A stretch of DNA of 64,000 bases, from the sequence record FJ373894. One strand, given 5' to 3'. The notes beneath the pieces were generated by a model that was not told the origin of the DNA, made no database searches, and saw only the letters and a program-made list of their open reading frames with translations. Shown piece after piece: positions 38,493-47,793 of the stretch (position 1 is its first letter; the number at the start of each line of letters is the position of its first letter). The DNA comes from Shigella phage Ag3. Made by a program: the position numbers and the translations under genes.

Positions 38493-39270
38493 TATTCTTT
38501 TTCTCCCGTTCTTCTAATCTTTGTTTGAGGGCTTCCCAATCTGGTTCCATCGCACAGATATCATCTTCCAGATTGAATTGGGTTTTGCCGAAGTCCTGAT
38601 CTGAATTGTCTTCGGCCTGCGCTGTTACCGTATTCTTAGCCTGCGCCATGTATTGAAGTATGCCTTTCGCAATCTTTTTATTCGATTCTGCGAGACGAGC
38701 CGCCTCCACCTTCTCTCGCTCCTTCTGCCTTTGAGCGTCCTTTTTGTTCTCAAAGTTGCCGATACGTTCACGGAAGTCCATGCCAATCCCTGTCGCATCA
38801 ACAAAGATCTCTTGTTGGAAGTCAGGGTCGTCTGCCAGGCCTGCGAACCCACCCGCCTCTTCAAATGAGCGCAATTTGATGTACGTATGTTCTTCTTCGA
38901 TATTCAGTTTACGAGCAAATGAGCGATCTGCACACATGGTCACCCAAGAGAAGAAGTTGATCTTCCCTTTCTTTCCAATGTGGTCGACGTCAAAGGTGTG
39001 GAGGTAACGCAGGATGTTGACGATTGCTTCAGAGACCATGTCTTCACGGAAGGGATAGTCGCGATAGTTGTAGCGGGTGCTCATCTTGGTGATGATGCGC
39101 TGGACCTGTAGAGCAACATAGTTGGGGATCTTTGGAAGCCTGGTGCCTTCAGCCAGAGCCTTCTTACGAGCAGGGATCCAATCACGAAGGATACTGATGA
39201 CACGCTCGTTATCTTCGTCCGTGAAATATTTGACGACATTCTCGCCACGATCAACATAATTCATACCCAT
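38479..39270 (-). CDS. 55: late-transcription sigma factor (T4 gp55-like)
   Basis: 263 aa; block similarity to T4 gp55 and position immediately after genes 46-47 as in T4; T4-type late promoter boxes found elsewhere in window. Confidence 0.5.
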   Translation of the reverse strand: MGMNYVDRGENVVKYFTDEDNERVISILRDWIPARKKALAEGTRLPKIPNYVALQVQRIITKMSTRYNYRDYPFREDMVSEAIVNILRYLHTFDVDHIGKKGKINFFSWVTMCADRSFARKLNIEEEHTYIKLRSFEEAGGFAGLADDPDFQQEIFVDATGIGMDFRERIGNFENKKDAQRQKEREKVEAARLAESNKKIAKGILQYMAQAKNTVTAQAEDNSDQDFGKTQFNLEDDICAMEPDWEALKQRLEEREKKNNGDC

Positions 39271-39281
39271 TGTGGGAACCC

Positions 39282-39809
39282 TCAGATACCGATAAATTCA
39301 TCAAAAGATCCAACAACCTTCTTCACTGAGATCTTGTCATTCTCAATCAGGAAGTTGCTGTCGTTTTTGGCTGCTGTGGCCCAGTCATCGGCAAGTTCGT
39401 TACCTTCGTGCCCCGCATGACCCTTAACCCATTTTAGTTCAACTTCACAAATTGAACAAACGAGATCATAGATTCTGAACAGATCTTTGATGAGTTCAAC
39501 GTTCTTGTCTGGGAAACCCTGATACTCCCACTTCGCTCGCCATTCGGTGACGCTCTTGATGGTGTATTGACTGTCAGACCAAATTGTTGCCTTTGGTATT
39601 CTGCGCTCACCCTTTCCTGAGAATGCCCACAGCAGCTTCAATGCGTTGGTCACACCCAACAACTCGGCGATGTTGTTGGTGGACGGGGGAGGTAGGTGAC
39701 CGAAGAACACCTTCCATTGCATACCCGATATTGGCCTGATGACAAATGCCCATCCTGCGGCCTGGTTGGTCTTCGGGTTAGAACCCCCGTCAGAATAAAT
39801 TTCTATCAT
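39282..39809 (-). CDS. rnhA: ribonuclease HI
   Basis: ORF 39282..39905, start at ATG 39807-39809 (MIEIYSDGGS); RNase H DEDD motifs (YSDGG, NNIAEL, DSQY, GHAGHEGNELAD). Confidence 0.8.
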   Translation of the reverse strand: MIEIYSDGGSNPKTNQAAGWAFVIRPISGMQWKVFFGHLPPPSTNNIAELLGVTNALKLLWAFSGKGERRIPKATIWSDSQYTIKSVTEWRAKWEYQGFPDKNVELIKDLFRIYDLVCSICEVELKWVKGHAGHEGNELADDWATAAKNDSNFLIENDKISVKKVVGSFDEFIGI

Positions 39810-39811
39810 GA

Positions 39812-39819
39812 TATAAATA
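39812..39819 (+). promoter_or_regulatory. T4-type late promoter box TATAAATA
   Basis: exact TATAAATA about 35 nt upstream of ATG 39855. Confidence 0.5.
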
Positions 39820-39854
39820 TCCCAAACTGGTTTTATAGAAAGAGGAATGAAACT

Positions 39855-40622
39855 ATGGCACCCCGCGCATATCGTTTCAGTCTCACCGCCCCGCAGATTG
39901 AGCAATTGCTCCTTTCTATCAATGATGCTATCAAGTCAGAAGATATCATCTATGATTATGCTGCAGGTGGGACTGTTGGGCAAGTCGCAGCAGCGTCTGC
40001 CGTCAAGAACATGTGGTTGAAGCTCAACGAGATGGTAACAGGCCAAGGCCTCAAAGATGCCATCAACGCTGCAGAAGACAGCAACGTGTTCACTGACTAT
40101 TATAAGTCTTTACTGGATCGCGAAGGCTGGAAATTTATTGGGTCTCCGGCAGATGAACTTGAGCGAGGCGACATCGACACCGCGAACTTCACGGGTGGTG
40201 AGGTCATTCTACTTCAGAAGAACGCTTCAGGCAACCCCGAATTCCAATACTGGAAGCGAACCCCGGTTGCTGGGGGTGATCCTACCTTTGCATGGGCTTC
40301 GGTCTATGAAGGGAACTCCAATGACTCTTCCATTGAGATCCCTGTGGTTGGCACCAGCGTACTCAAGGACATCCCCAAGGCGCTCTTCCATATGATCGAG
40401 TTCAGAGTGCATGTCTACGATGAGACACTGGGTCATTGGCAGGACACCGACGGAAAAGTAGGGTATCGTGGCGAGGATCTGTTCTACAGCGTCTACAACC
40501 ATGTTCAGACCAAACCTCTCGCCACCATTGACTTCAGTCAAGACACAGATAGCATGACAGTCTCTGTTACTTCCCTGGAGCCGAATGTCAAATGCCATCT
40601 GTCGTTTATCGCTGGTTACTAA
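39855..40622 (+). CDS. late-expressed protein (putative virion component)
   Basis: ORF 39696..40622, start at ATG 39855 (MAPRAYRF) with AGAGGAA RBS and TATAAATA box about 35 nt upstream. Confidence 0.5.
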   Translation: MAPRAYRFSLTAPQIEQLLLSINDAIKSEDIIYDYAAGGTVGQVAAASAVKNMWLKLNEMVTGQGLKDAINAAEDSNVFTDYYKSLLDREGWKFIGSPADELERGDIDTANFTGGEVILLQKNASGNPEFQYWKRTPVAGGDPTFAWASVYEGNSNDSSIEIPVVGTSVLKDIPKALFHMIEFRVHVYDETLGHWQDTDGKVGYRGEDLFYSVYNHVQTKPLATIDFSQDTDSMTVSVTSLEPNVKCHLSFIAGY

Positions 40623-42337
40623 ACCTCGAACACGGCATCAGTAAACCAAGCGGGGAAGAACTCTGGGTTGCGCATCATCAGTGATTCAAAAGAAGAATCA
40701 AGGATGTATGTCGCAGCCCAGTCATTCACGCCCCTGACCGAACGCCCGCACATCTGAACGATACGCAGTACCGCCATCCTGAAGTACGCCGATGGGTCTA
40801 CACTGTTGACGTGAGCCACCAGAGGATCACCAAGGTAATCGTATGGAACCTTGATCAAGATCTGAAATCGGCTGTAATCGCCTTTGAAGTCATACCCCTC
40901 TTCCATAGCCGGACTGGCGATGACACAAGGCGTCTTCGTCCGGAACGCGTGTTCCATGATGTCCATCAGAGCCTTACGAGTACGAGGAACGTGAATCATA
41001 TTCCGGTACTTACTGAACTTCTGTAGAGCCAGGGCGCGGTCATAACTTACTGTGTGAATGATACCAGACTGCCCAGGGTGGAATGCGATGATTTCATCCA
41101 CGTATTCGGCCAGCTTCTTCATCTCATAGTCACCCATGTTCGCCGTCATCTTCATGATGGGCATGTAGTTGACTTTCCGGTTCTCAATCGGGATAGGGTT
41201 GCCGATCTGAATCTTGTGGTACTCGCCCTCACGGATACCCAGTGACCGAGCGTACGAGTCAATCCCACAAATGGTCGCCGACATGTGAACGTGGTAGTCA
41301 CCCTTGCGGAACAGGCCGAACTGGGATACATCAGATGCGATGACAGGCTTGAACTGAATCATACCCTTGTCCTTCTCCTGCACGATGAAGGTGCTGGCGT
41401 TGGTCTGCCCCATGATCCCACAGTAGTCGCTGAGGTTGTGAAGGGTGTCAATGATGTCCGACAACTTCATCACCTGGGCTTCAGTCAGGCGCTCGTCCTC
41501 TACCAGTTCCTCAAGAGTTTCCAGCAGGGCTTCAACCTTGTCATGCAGGTCGTCAAATATCGAATGCATCTCGCCTGTTAGTGAGTACAGCTTGCCCAGC
41601 TCATAGTTCTCTGTGCGCCTGATGATATCCGTGATGGTCTCCACGATAGGCACTCCCTCGGGGATCGTAAGCAACCCCCTTACAGCATTTATACTGTATT
41701 CCATGATCGTGTGCTCTAGGAGCGTAGAGGGCATCTTATGGCACTCGTCAAGGATCAGCATATCGGCGCGGTTTTCCGGCTTCATACAGATCGTCGTGCA
41801 CATCTCCACCATCATGGCGGCGTTGGTGCAGCGCAGAGAAGAGATGTCCGTCCACTGACGACGCGCCTGAACATATGGACAACGATTCTTGTTACAGTGG
41901 CCATCTCGGCATGCCATACGGCACTGGATGGCGTTGTAATACAGGTCAGGGCTGATATGGCAACGATAGTTCTTCTTGCCCTTCAGGATGTCTATCGCCA
42001 CGGCTTTCTCCGCCGCATACTGATCCTGCAGACCTTTGGTCGGTGTTGTGATAGACGTGCGGAACTGGCCATATGGGTTGCGCTCAAGAACCAGATGGCG
42101 AAGCACATTATGAATGGTAGTGCCGATGAGGGATTTGCCCACACCAGTCGGAGCCTCGATGATCACGTGTTTGAATTTCTTATTCACAAGGGCATCAACG
42201 GCTTCAACGATGCATTCCATCTGTCCTGGGTTGGCGGTGTCGTATGGGAAGAACTCAGTGGCAAGAGACTTGATGCGGTCTATGCTAACTGGTCCGACGC
42301 CATCAAGCGCCTTGGTATATTGGTTGAATGCTGTCAC
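40619..42337 (-). CDS. DinG/XPD-like superfamily 2 DNA helicase with Fe-S cluster domain
   Basis: 572 aa; Walker A APTGVGKS, DEAH-type box ILDECHK, four-Cys cluster (CHISPD..CRMACRDGHCNKNRCP). Confidence 0.75.
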   Translation of the reverse strand: MTAFNQYTKALDGVGPVSIDRIKSLATEFFPYDTANPGQMECIVEAVDALVNKKFKHVIIEAPTGVGKSLIGTTIHNVLRHLVLERNPYGQFRTSITTPTKGLQDQYAAEKAVAIDILKGKKNYRCHISPDLYYNAIQCRMACRDGHCNKNRCPYVQARRQWTDISSLRCTNAAMMVEMCTTICMKPENRADMLILDECHKMPSTLLEHTIMEYSINAVRGLLTIPEGVPIVETITDIIRRTENYELGKLYSLTGEMHSIFDDLHDKVEALLETLEELVEDERLTEAQVMKLSDIIDTLHNLSDYCGIMGQTNASTFIVQEKDKGMIQFKPVIASDVSQFGLFRKGDYHVHMSATICGIDSYARSLGIREGEYHKIQIGNPIPIENRKVNYMPIMKMTANMGDYEMKKLAEYVDEIIAFHPGQSGIIHTVSYDRALALQKFSKYRNMIHVPRTRKALMDIMEHAFRTKTPCVIASPAMEEGYDFKGDYSRFQILIKVPYDYLGDPLVAHVNSVDPSAYFRMAVLRIVQMCGRSVRGVNDWAATYILDSSFESLMMRNPEFFPAWFTDAVFEV

Positions 42338-42389
42338 TTTCTTCCTCCTATGGGATTCGCCTTTAGTTTAACCGATTCCCAGGAACGAA

Positions 42390-42416
42390 AAAGCCGGAGT
42401 ACAATGCTCCGGCTTT
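42390..42416 (-). terminator. rho-independent terminator downstream of HU gene
   Basis: AAAGCCGGAG-tacaatg-CTCCGGCTTT 10-bp stem with T-run on minus strand. Confidence 0.6.
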
Positions 42417-42465
42417 CTCTTTTGTCACGCCCCGCGTTGCAGAGGCCGGACCGAACCAGGTTGAA

Positions 42466-42744
42466 TTACTTGCCGTTGGCAGCGTTCTTCAGACCTTCGC
42501 CCACTTTAAATTTCACAACGTTTTTCGCTTCGATCTGAATGGTCTGGCCGTTCAGAGGGTTACGACCTTCACGAGCTTCCTGGTGCTTCACTTCGAACGC
42601 GCCGAAGCCGACCAGCTGTACAGATGCGCCTGCAGCAACTGCAGTTTTAACGCCGTCGATAAAGGATGCCACTACTTTCTCCGCTTCGCCTTTGGTGATG
42701 TTCTGGGTCGAAGCAATGTGGGCAACAAATTCAGTACGATTCAT
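42466..42744 (-). CDS. HU/IHF-family DNA-binding protein
   Basis: 92 aa; HU signature (GFGAFEV..R.GRNP.NGQ). Confidence 0.85.
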   Translation of the reverse strand: MNRTEFVAHIASTQNITKGEAEKVVASFIDGVKTAVAAGASVQLVGFGAFEVKHQEAREGRNPLNGQTIQIEAKNVVKFKVGEGLKNAANGK

Positions 42745-42837
42745 CTGGATTTCTCCGTTGGGTTAATGTTTACTTTCATGTTCACTACAAGAGGACTACA
42801 GTTTAACTAAGAAATTTTATTGAATAAAGCGGAATTA

Positions 42838-43086
42838 TTAGCCTTTCGCCACGTCTTCAGTCGTCATCGTGCCATAACATCCGCAGCGTTCACAAATCAC
42901 TCTGACGCAAGGCTTAAAAGTCTGAACATTAGACACAGGAACGTTCACCGCCCTTGAAGAAACCTGCATTTCGCGGACTTCAACCCGTTGTTCGACCAGG
43001 CGCTCATCGTCCAAGAAGGTGATCGTCTTGTGAGGACAACGTATTGACGATTCACCAACCCAGATTATTGCCATGTTGGGACTCAT
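42838..43086 (-). CDS. small cysteine-rich (zinc-binding) protein
   Basis: 82 aa; CPHK and CERCGC motifs. Confidence 0.4.
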   Translation of the reverse strand: MSPNMAIIWVGESSIRCPHKTITFLDDERLVEQRVEVREMQVSSRAVNVPVSNVQTFKPCVRVICERCGCYGTMTTEDVAKG

Positions 43087-43361
43087 GATTTGACCTCCGA
43101 TTTGGAGATTAACAATTCCATCTCTGCTCTGGTGACAATCGTTTCTACATGAACATCATCTATCAGCATCTCGTTCAGAAGATCGTACCCCAGGACTTGC
43201 ACACCAAAAGACTTTTTGTTCAGTTCTGACTCTATGTCGAGAACTCGCTGAACCGTTAGACCGCCGGAAGAGAATGGGACCGGATAGAAGGTGGAACGCA
43301 CTTGGGCACACCCATTCACGCTGTATCGAACCAGCAGGACATCACACCATACGCCAGCCAT
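43083..43361 (-). CDS. hypothetical protein
   Basis: 92-aa ORF. Confidence 0.4.
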   Translation of the reverse strand: MAGVWCDVLLVRYSVNGCAQVRSTFYPVPFSSGGLTVQRVLDIESELNKKSFGVQVLGYDLLNEMLIDDVHVETIVTRAEMELLISKSEVKS

Positions 43362-43362
43362 G

Positions 43363-44046
43363 TTACACCTCCACCGCGTGAGACTTCAGGAGTTCATCAA
43401 TCGCTTTCTGTCCCATATAAGAGAATGGGGTGCGCTGGTAGAATGCCCACAGAACCAACTGAACGACAGCGCGGGAACGGGTTTCGGCTCGCATCACCAG
43501 GTCGCTGAAATGAGGAGACTGCGCCGTCCATTGGATCTCTTCGCCCAGGTCTTGATTACAGGTCACGGAGATGCGGAACTTGTTGCACAGATTGTCGACT
43601 TCTTTGTACGCATCGGTAGACACCCGAAGTTGGTCTGCATGCGCCCATGGTGTCGTGACGATTCTTTCACCCATCACTTTATCAGAGATAAACCAATCAA
43701 TGGATTCAACAAACTTGCCGAAATGGTCGATGCGATAAATGCAGTCTCCCCCTTCCATAGAACGCATGGCATGATAGCGAGCGTCGATTTCGTTGTTGTG
43801 CATCGCGTTGAAGTCGATGAACACGCGACGCGCCAACACAACATCTTCCGGCTCCAGAGGGATGTATTCCCCTTCGTTGCTAGACCTCCGGATGTTCGGA
43901 TAATGTAGAATGCCGCTTAAATGCCCAGTGCAATATACATAACGAGGTCCAACACCCCCGACACGAGCATGAGCGACATAGGATGGTTCTGTGAATCGCA
44001 AGTGGCCTTGATCGGCACCGACGATAATAGAATAAAGTTTTTCCAT
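43363..44046 (-). CDS. hypothetical protein
   Basis: ORF 43363..44061; ATG 44044-44046 preceded by conserved AGACTATATC motif and 5-prime hairpin. Confidence 0.45.
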   Translation of the reverse strand: MEKLYSIIVGADQGHLRFTEPSYVAHARVGGVGPRYVYCTGHLSGILHYPNIRRSSNEGEYIPLEPEDVVLARRVFIDFNAMHNNEIDARYHAMRSMEGGDCIYRIDHFGKFVESIDWFISDKVMGERIVTTPWAHADQLRVSTDAYKEVDNLCNKFRISVTCNQDLGEEIQWTAQSPHFSDLVMRAETRSRAVVQLVLWAFYQRTPFSYMGQKAIDELLKSHAVEV

Positions 44047-44068
44047 GATATAGTCTCTCAAATGAAAA

Positions 44069-44092
44069 GGGCGACCTTATGATAAGTCGCCC
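44069..44092 (-). promoter_or_regulatory. leader stem-loop upstream of gene 43363..44046
   Basis: GGGCGAC-cttatgataa-GTCGCCC 7-bp stem. Confidence 0.45.
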
Positions 44093-44103
44093 GAGGTTAT
44101 TGA

Positions 44104-45012
44104 TTATTGGAAATCACCAACATACATGTTCAGCTTGTCATCCCAGTTCAGAACAACACGGATCGTTGCGGTATCTTCTGGGAAGGTCAGTTTGTCACAC
44201 ATGGCGCGATTAACATAAGTCCCACTCTGGTTCACGTTGTAGTCCTTGCCTTGCATGATACCAAAACGCTTGAAGTCCCGTGTCACCATCATGTTCAGGG
44301 TCGCCCATGGGAGTGATTCACGCAATGCTTTACACAGGATAATCTTTCCATTCGGCCTGAATGATACAAACAACTCATTAGCAACCCGGCGGCGGGTGGG
44401 CGCCTCGAGTTCGCGCAGGGAGATAAATTCAGAGGGATCGTCCAATGCACCCAGGGTGATCATGTCTTCGCGAACTTTATTGACAATTTCAGTTACTGCT
44501 GACACGACTTCAACTGCCGGATTCGTCTTAAATGGCTCAACAGTCGTGGACATCTTGGATACAGACATCCCGTTGCCGTTGCGCTTCTCTGCATATTGCT
44601 CGACGGACTTGTCGCTCACTGGAGGCAGTTTGGTGGCAGGAGTTATGACCGGGCTTGCATCTGGTTTCGCCTTTGGAGTACTCCGAGCCGCACGCAGCTT
44701 TTCCTGGGCTTCCAGAATGCGCTCTTGACGAGAAAGTGGAGCCTTTGGGGTGATCTTCGTACTGAAGTCGGAAACACCCACCCAGTCACCCTGGTCATTA
44801 CGCTTGGCGACCAGAGTCAGTTTGTGGATGATGCCCTGAAGTTTGCTCTCACGCAAGTTGTCGGCATACCAGAACTTCGCGCCCATCTCGAACTTCTCGG
44901 CGAAGATCACGCGAGCGTCTTCGTGCACCAACATAACTTTGGCTGTGTTGGGGGCAAAAGCCTTATTCTTTTCGATAATCGCCGCAGCGATTGATTTGGT
45001 CAGGAGCATCAC
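44104..45012 (-). CDS. hypothetical protein
   Basis: 302-aa ORF with Pro/Lys-rich central linker. Confidence 0.45.
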   Translation of the reverse strand: MMLLTKSIAAAIIEKNKAFAPNTAKVMLVHEDARVIFAEKFEMGAKFWYADNLRESKLQGIIHKLTLVAKRNDQGDWVGVSDFSTKITPKAPLSRQERILEAQEKLRAARSTPKAKPDASPVITPATKLPPVSDKSVEQYAEKRNGNGMSVSKMSTTVEPFKTNPAVEVVSAVTEIVNKVREDMITLGALDDPSEFISLRELEAPTRRRVANELFVSFRPNGKIILCKALRESLPWATLNMMVTRDFKRFGIMQGKDYNVNQSGTYVNRAMCDKLTFPEDTATIRVVLNWDDKLNMYVGDFQ

Positions 45013-45060
45013 AGTGTATTCCTTCAGTTCACAATGTAGGGCTAAATTTTAACCCGAAAC

Positions 45061-45378
45061 TTATTTTTGAAATCCGACAAAGTCCTGGGCAATCCCCCGA
45101 CAATACATCAGATCTTTCTTCGTTTGTGGGCTGTTATCAGCCGCAGTCAGCATCATGGGAAGATCCAGCGCATTCTCTATCTGATCAACACTGAACAGAT
45201 CAAGGCGCTTCAGCTCTCCCTCGAAGTCAGACAGGAGGATAGATGTATCTTTGTCGTCTGGATGGAATTGCTGATACGTCTCCATCCAGGCGGCGCAGGT
45301 ATTCAGTTTAGACGGTGGTGTGGCGTTTACACACCCGGCCATCAGTAACAGCAGGAGTAGGATTTTACCTTTCATCAC
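45061..45378 (-). CDS. lipoprotein (lipobox LMAGC)
   Basis: 105 aa; N-terminal signal with lipobox, three additional Cys. Confidence 0.5.
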   Translation of the reverse strand: MMKGKILLLLLLMAGCVNATPPSKLNTCAAWMETYQQFHPDDKDTSILLSDFEGELKRLDLFSVDQIENALDLPMMLTAADNSPQTKKDLMYCRGIAQDFVGFQK

Positions 45379-46061
45379 TCGTTCTCCTTCATCATATTGT
45401 CGCAGTCAACACGAGTCTGCTGGAGTTCGCGCGACATGCGAGGATCATCAAGGTTCACGCTCAGATTCGTGGCCAAGTCTTTCAGACCGTTCTGAACACG
45501 ATCCTCAAAATAATGGTCGTTCTCAACCAGCCAGGCTCTGAGGCCAAGAGCGCGAGTACGCCATTCCTTCTTCAGGACGCGATCAGAGGTCTGCGTAGCG
45601 CTGTATTCGAATACTTTGATGCACTGATTGCCATCGTTGATGAGGTTCAGGTGACGGCGGCCTATCTGCACACCCTTCTGTAATGCCGGAGAAGGGAGAG
45701 AACGGCACTGTCTGACTGTCATTCGGCCTTGGGTGCCCATACGCCCAGTCATGATAAGATCGCCAGCCTCCATGCCGCCTCGATTAAATTCATCGTCATT
45801 GAGGTAGCCCTTGAGGTTATAGGCTCCCTGTTTGTAACGGTTGAACTCAATCCCAGCATTGACCACAGCAGTGGAGACGTTGCCCGTGTTCCAGAGTTCA
45901 GCAAAGTTCTCTATGGAACCAGACTTGTCGATGGCGACTGCCTGGGAGAACCCAGCACAGTAGGAAAGATCAGACCACAGTTTGTCACCTGTGGAGTTCA
46001 GCTTGGCGGCGGCGGGTAATGCCAGACCAGCCAGCACGACCCCGAGGATTAAACGTTTCAT
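45375..46061 (-). CDS. secreted periplasmic protein
   Basis: ORF 45375..46154, start at ATG 46059-46061 (MKRLILGVVLAGLALPAAA) with GGAG RBS; cleavable signal peptide; stop overlaps lipoprotein start. Confidence 0.5.
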   Translation of the reverse strand: MKRLILGVVLAGLALPAAAKLNSTGDKLWSDLSYCAGFSQAVAIDKSGSIENFAELWNTGNVSTAVVNAGIEFNRYKQGAYNLKGYLNDDEFNRGGMEAGDLIMTGRMGTQGRMTVRQCRSLPSPALQKGVQIGRRHLNLINDGNQCIKVFEYSATQTSDRVLKKEWRTRALGLRAWLVENDHYFEDRVQNGLKDLATNLSVNLDDPRMSRELQQTRVDCDNMMKENE

Positions 46062-46140
46062 GGTGATTCTCCTTATTTCATTGGATGAAATGATAGGTGG
46101 CTCACCATGTTGAGTAAAGGGTTTCAATAAACTATCGTAT

Positions 46141-46599
46141 TCAGAAGCGAGCATCAGACACGGTTCTGAACTTCACACCCTTGAACTGCTTGGCGACCTT
46201 GACGAACTCCATCGCTGGCATGTCCACTTTGTAGACCTTGATGCGCTGGCGGTCATCCATGTTCAGAGCGGCCACATAGCGGTGTGAGCCGTCGACCACG
46301 TAATTGTCAGAAGACACCCAAACTCGACCCATGGGCTTCTTGTTCCGGATGTTCTTCATGATCTTCCAGACCTTCATCTTGTTGATTTCGTTCTGAGTGA
46401 GACGGAGGGATTTGATTGGAACCTGGCCAGCGTCGATAGTGATGCCAAGTTCCTCCAGGTAGTCGTGGAACGCCTGCTGCTTGTCATCGTCAATCTGCGG
46501 CATAGAAGAACGAGAAAGCCCGAGGTTTCCAACAGGAATCCTCAGGCCGTTGATAATGTTCAACCAGTCTATGAAGGAAGACATGAACATGAGATTCAC
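46141..46599 (-). CDS. ParB/sulfiredoxin-like domain protein
   Basis: 152 aa; DGSHRY motif resembling ParB N-terminal domain DGxHR. Confidence 0.4.
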   Translation of the reverse strand: MNLMFMSSFIDWLNIINGLRIPVGNLGLSRSSMPQIDDDKQQAFHDYLEELGITIDAGQVPIKSLRLTQNEINKMKVWKIMKNIRNKKPMGRVWVSSDNYVVDGSHRYVAALNMDDRQRIKVYKVDMPAMEFVKVAKQFKGVKFRTVSDARF

Positions 46600-46623
46600 C
46601 TCGGGATATGGATTATCCCTTAG

Positions 46624-46815
46624 TTAGCGCATCCAGCGATCCTTTCTCTCTTTCTCCTTGCGTTCGCGACGTTTCTGGTCGGATCGGAATAACCAATAGA
46701 AGAAGTTCCCACCCAAGATGAAAACCACCGCGATTATTACCAGGACACCCTTCACAATTTCCCAAACCAATTCTTTATCCAAATTATACCTCGTCTTCTT
46801 CAGGTCCACCATCAA
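46624..46815 (-). CDS. small single-pass membrane protein with basic C-terminus
   Basis: 63 aa; one TM segment then RRERKEKERKDR tail. Confidence 0.4.
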   Translation of the reverse strand: MMVDLKKTRYNLDKELVWEIVKGVLVIIAVVFILGGNFFYWLFRSDQKRRERKEKERKDRWMR

Positions 46816-47071
46816 TCAGGATACGAGCGGTGTCGAAACCTTCCCCGCCTGTGTTCAACAGCTTGGTCAGATCATCAAGGGTGTCGACAGGACCAAGATC
46901 AGCCTTGCGCAGAATGAACTCGAGAAGGCCGTAGAGCGCTGTTTTGTACCGTTCATTGTCGATATCGTTTTTGACTTTCATTAAGTCAATAATCGCGTCT
47001 GTCTCCCTGAAACCTGTTTCAACTTCACTGCGCACCATAGAGAATAGAGCGAGTTCTTCGTCCCTTTTCAT
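46784..47071 (-). CDS. hypothetical acidic protein
   Basis: 95-aa ORF. Confidence 0.4.
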   Translation of the reverse strand: MKRDEELALFSMVRSEVETGFRETDAIIDLMKVKNDIDNERYKTALYGLLEFILRKADLGPVDTLDDLTKLLNTGGEGFDTARILIDGGPEEDEV

Positions 47072-47442
47072 AACGTACCCCCGACAGAGATCAAGAACTC
47101 TTCTTCAATGGTCGTGACAGGGCGGCGGTTGCGGGTTTCGATCATGAAGCCCCAGCCGCCGTCGGCGACGTTGCCAAAGGTCTTGACGCCAAAGGTCTTC
47201 GTCCTGTTGGAGCAGGCATAGAAGTCCAGGATGAACGGACTGCCCTGATTGTCGATCCCACGGTTTACGCCGTCCGATACGCAGCGCTCAATCATCTTCC
47301 CGTTCTTATACAGAACGAGGTCTTGGCCATACGCCTTGAAAGCATAAACGCCGTTGGTGGACACTCCGGTAATCACAGGAGGAGCGGAAACAACAGCGAA
47401 GGAAGCGCCCAGCAGGGCAACAGCGAGGATTAACTTTTTCAT
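47068..47442 (-). CDS. secreted protein with signal peptide
   Basis: ORF 47068..47463, start at ATG 47440-47442 (MKKLILAVALLGASFAVVSA); preceded by AGACTATATC motif and hairpin. Confidence 0.5.
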   Translation of the reverse strand: MKKLILAVALLGASFAVVSAPPVITGVSTNGVYAFKAYGQDLVLYKNGKMIERCVSDGVNRGIDNQGSPFILDFYACSNRTKTFGVKTFGNVADGGWGFMIETRNRRPVTTIEEEFLISVGGTL

Positions 47443-47466
47443 GATATAGTCTCTTGATTTCAAATG

Positions 47467-47488
47467 GGCGAGGCAATCATACCTCGCC
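47467..47488 (-). promoter_or_regulatory. leader stem-loop upstream of gene 47068..47442
   Basis: GGCGAGG-caatcata-CCTCGCC 7-bp stem. Confidence 0.45.
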
Positions 47489-47501
47489 GGAGTTTATAGA
47501 A

Positions 47502-47741
47502 TTAACTGATATGCTTCAGAAGAGCGAAGAGGATCGCGGCCTTGGCCTTTACCTTTCCCACGACGCCTGTCTCGACATCAACTTCTTCAGCAACCCACTC
47601 TTTGCCCTTCTTGCTGATGATAACGTCACGGCGCTGTGCGTAGACTTCTTTGGTCGCATACACACGGCGGAACCCCTTTGCGCGCAGCAAGCCCCAATTG
47701 CGATCAATCTCTACTGAAGTTTCGACCATTTTGTTCTTCAT
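47502..47741 (-). CDS. hypothetical basic protein
   Basis: 79 aa; preceded by early promoter, 5-prime hairpin and AGGACTATATC motif. Confidence 0.5.
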   Translation of the reverse strand: MKNKMVETSVEIDRNWGLLRAKGFRRVYATKEVYAQRRDVIISKKGKEWVAEEVDVETGVVGKVKAKAAILFALLKHIS

Positions 47742-47763
47742 GATATAGTCCTGCTTTCAAACA

Positions 47764-47782
47764 GGCGGGAACTATTCCCGCC
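47764..47782 (-). promoter_or_regulatory. 5-prime leader stem-loop downstream of early promoter
   Basis: GGCGGGA-actat-TCCCGCC between -10 box and RBS of gene 47502..47741. Confidence 0.5.
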
Positions 47783-47793
47783 CCAGAATTTGA

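Noticed and set aside
47742-47762. MotA-box middle promoter (TGCTT) reading of the TTTGAAAGCAGGA sequence upstream of small genes
   Set aside because: The TGCTTTCA match is on the non-template orientation relative to the downstream gene and is too close to the ATG; better explained as RBS context.
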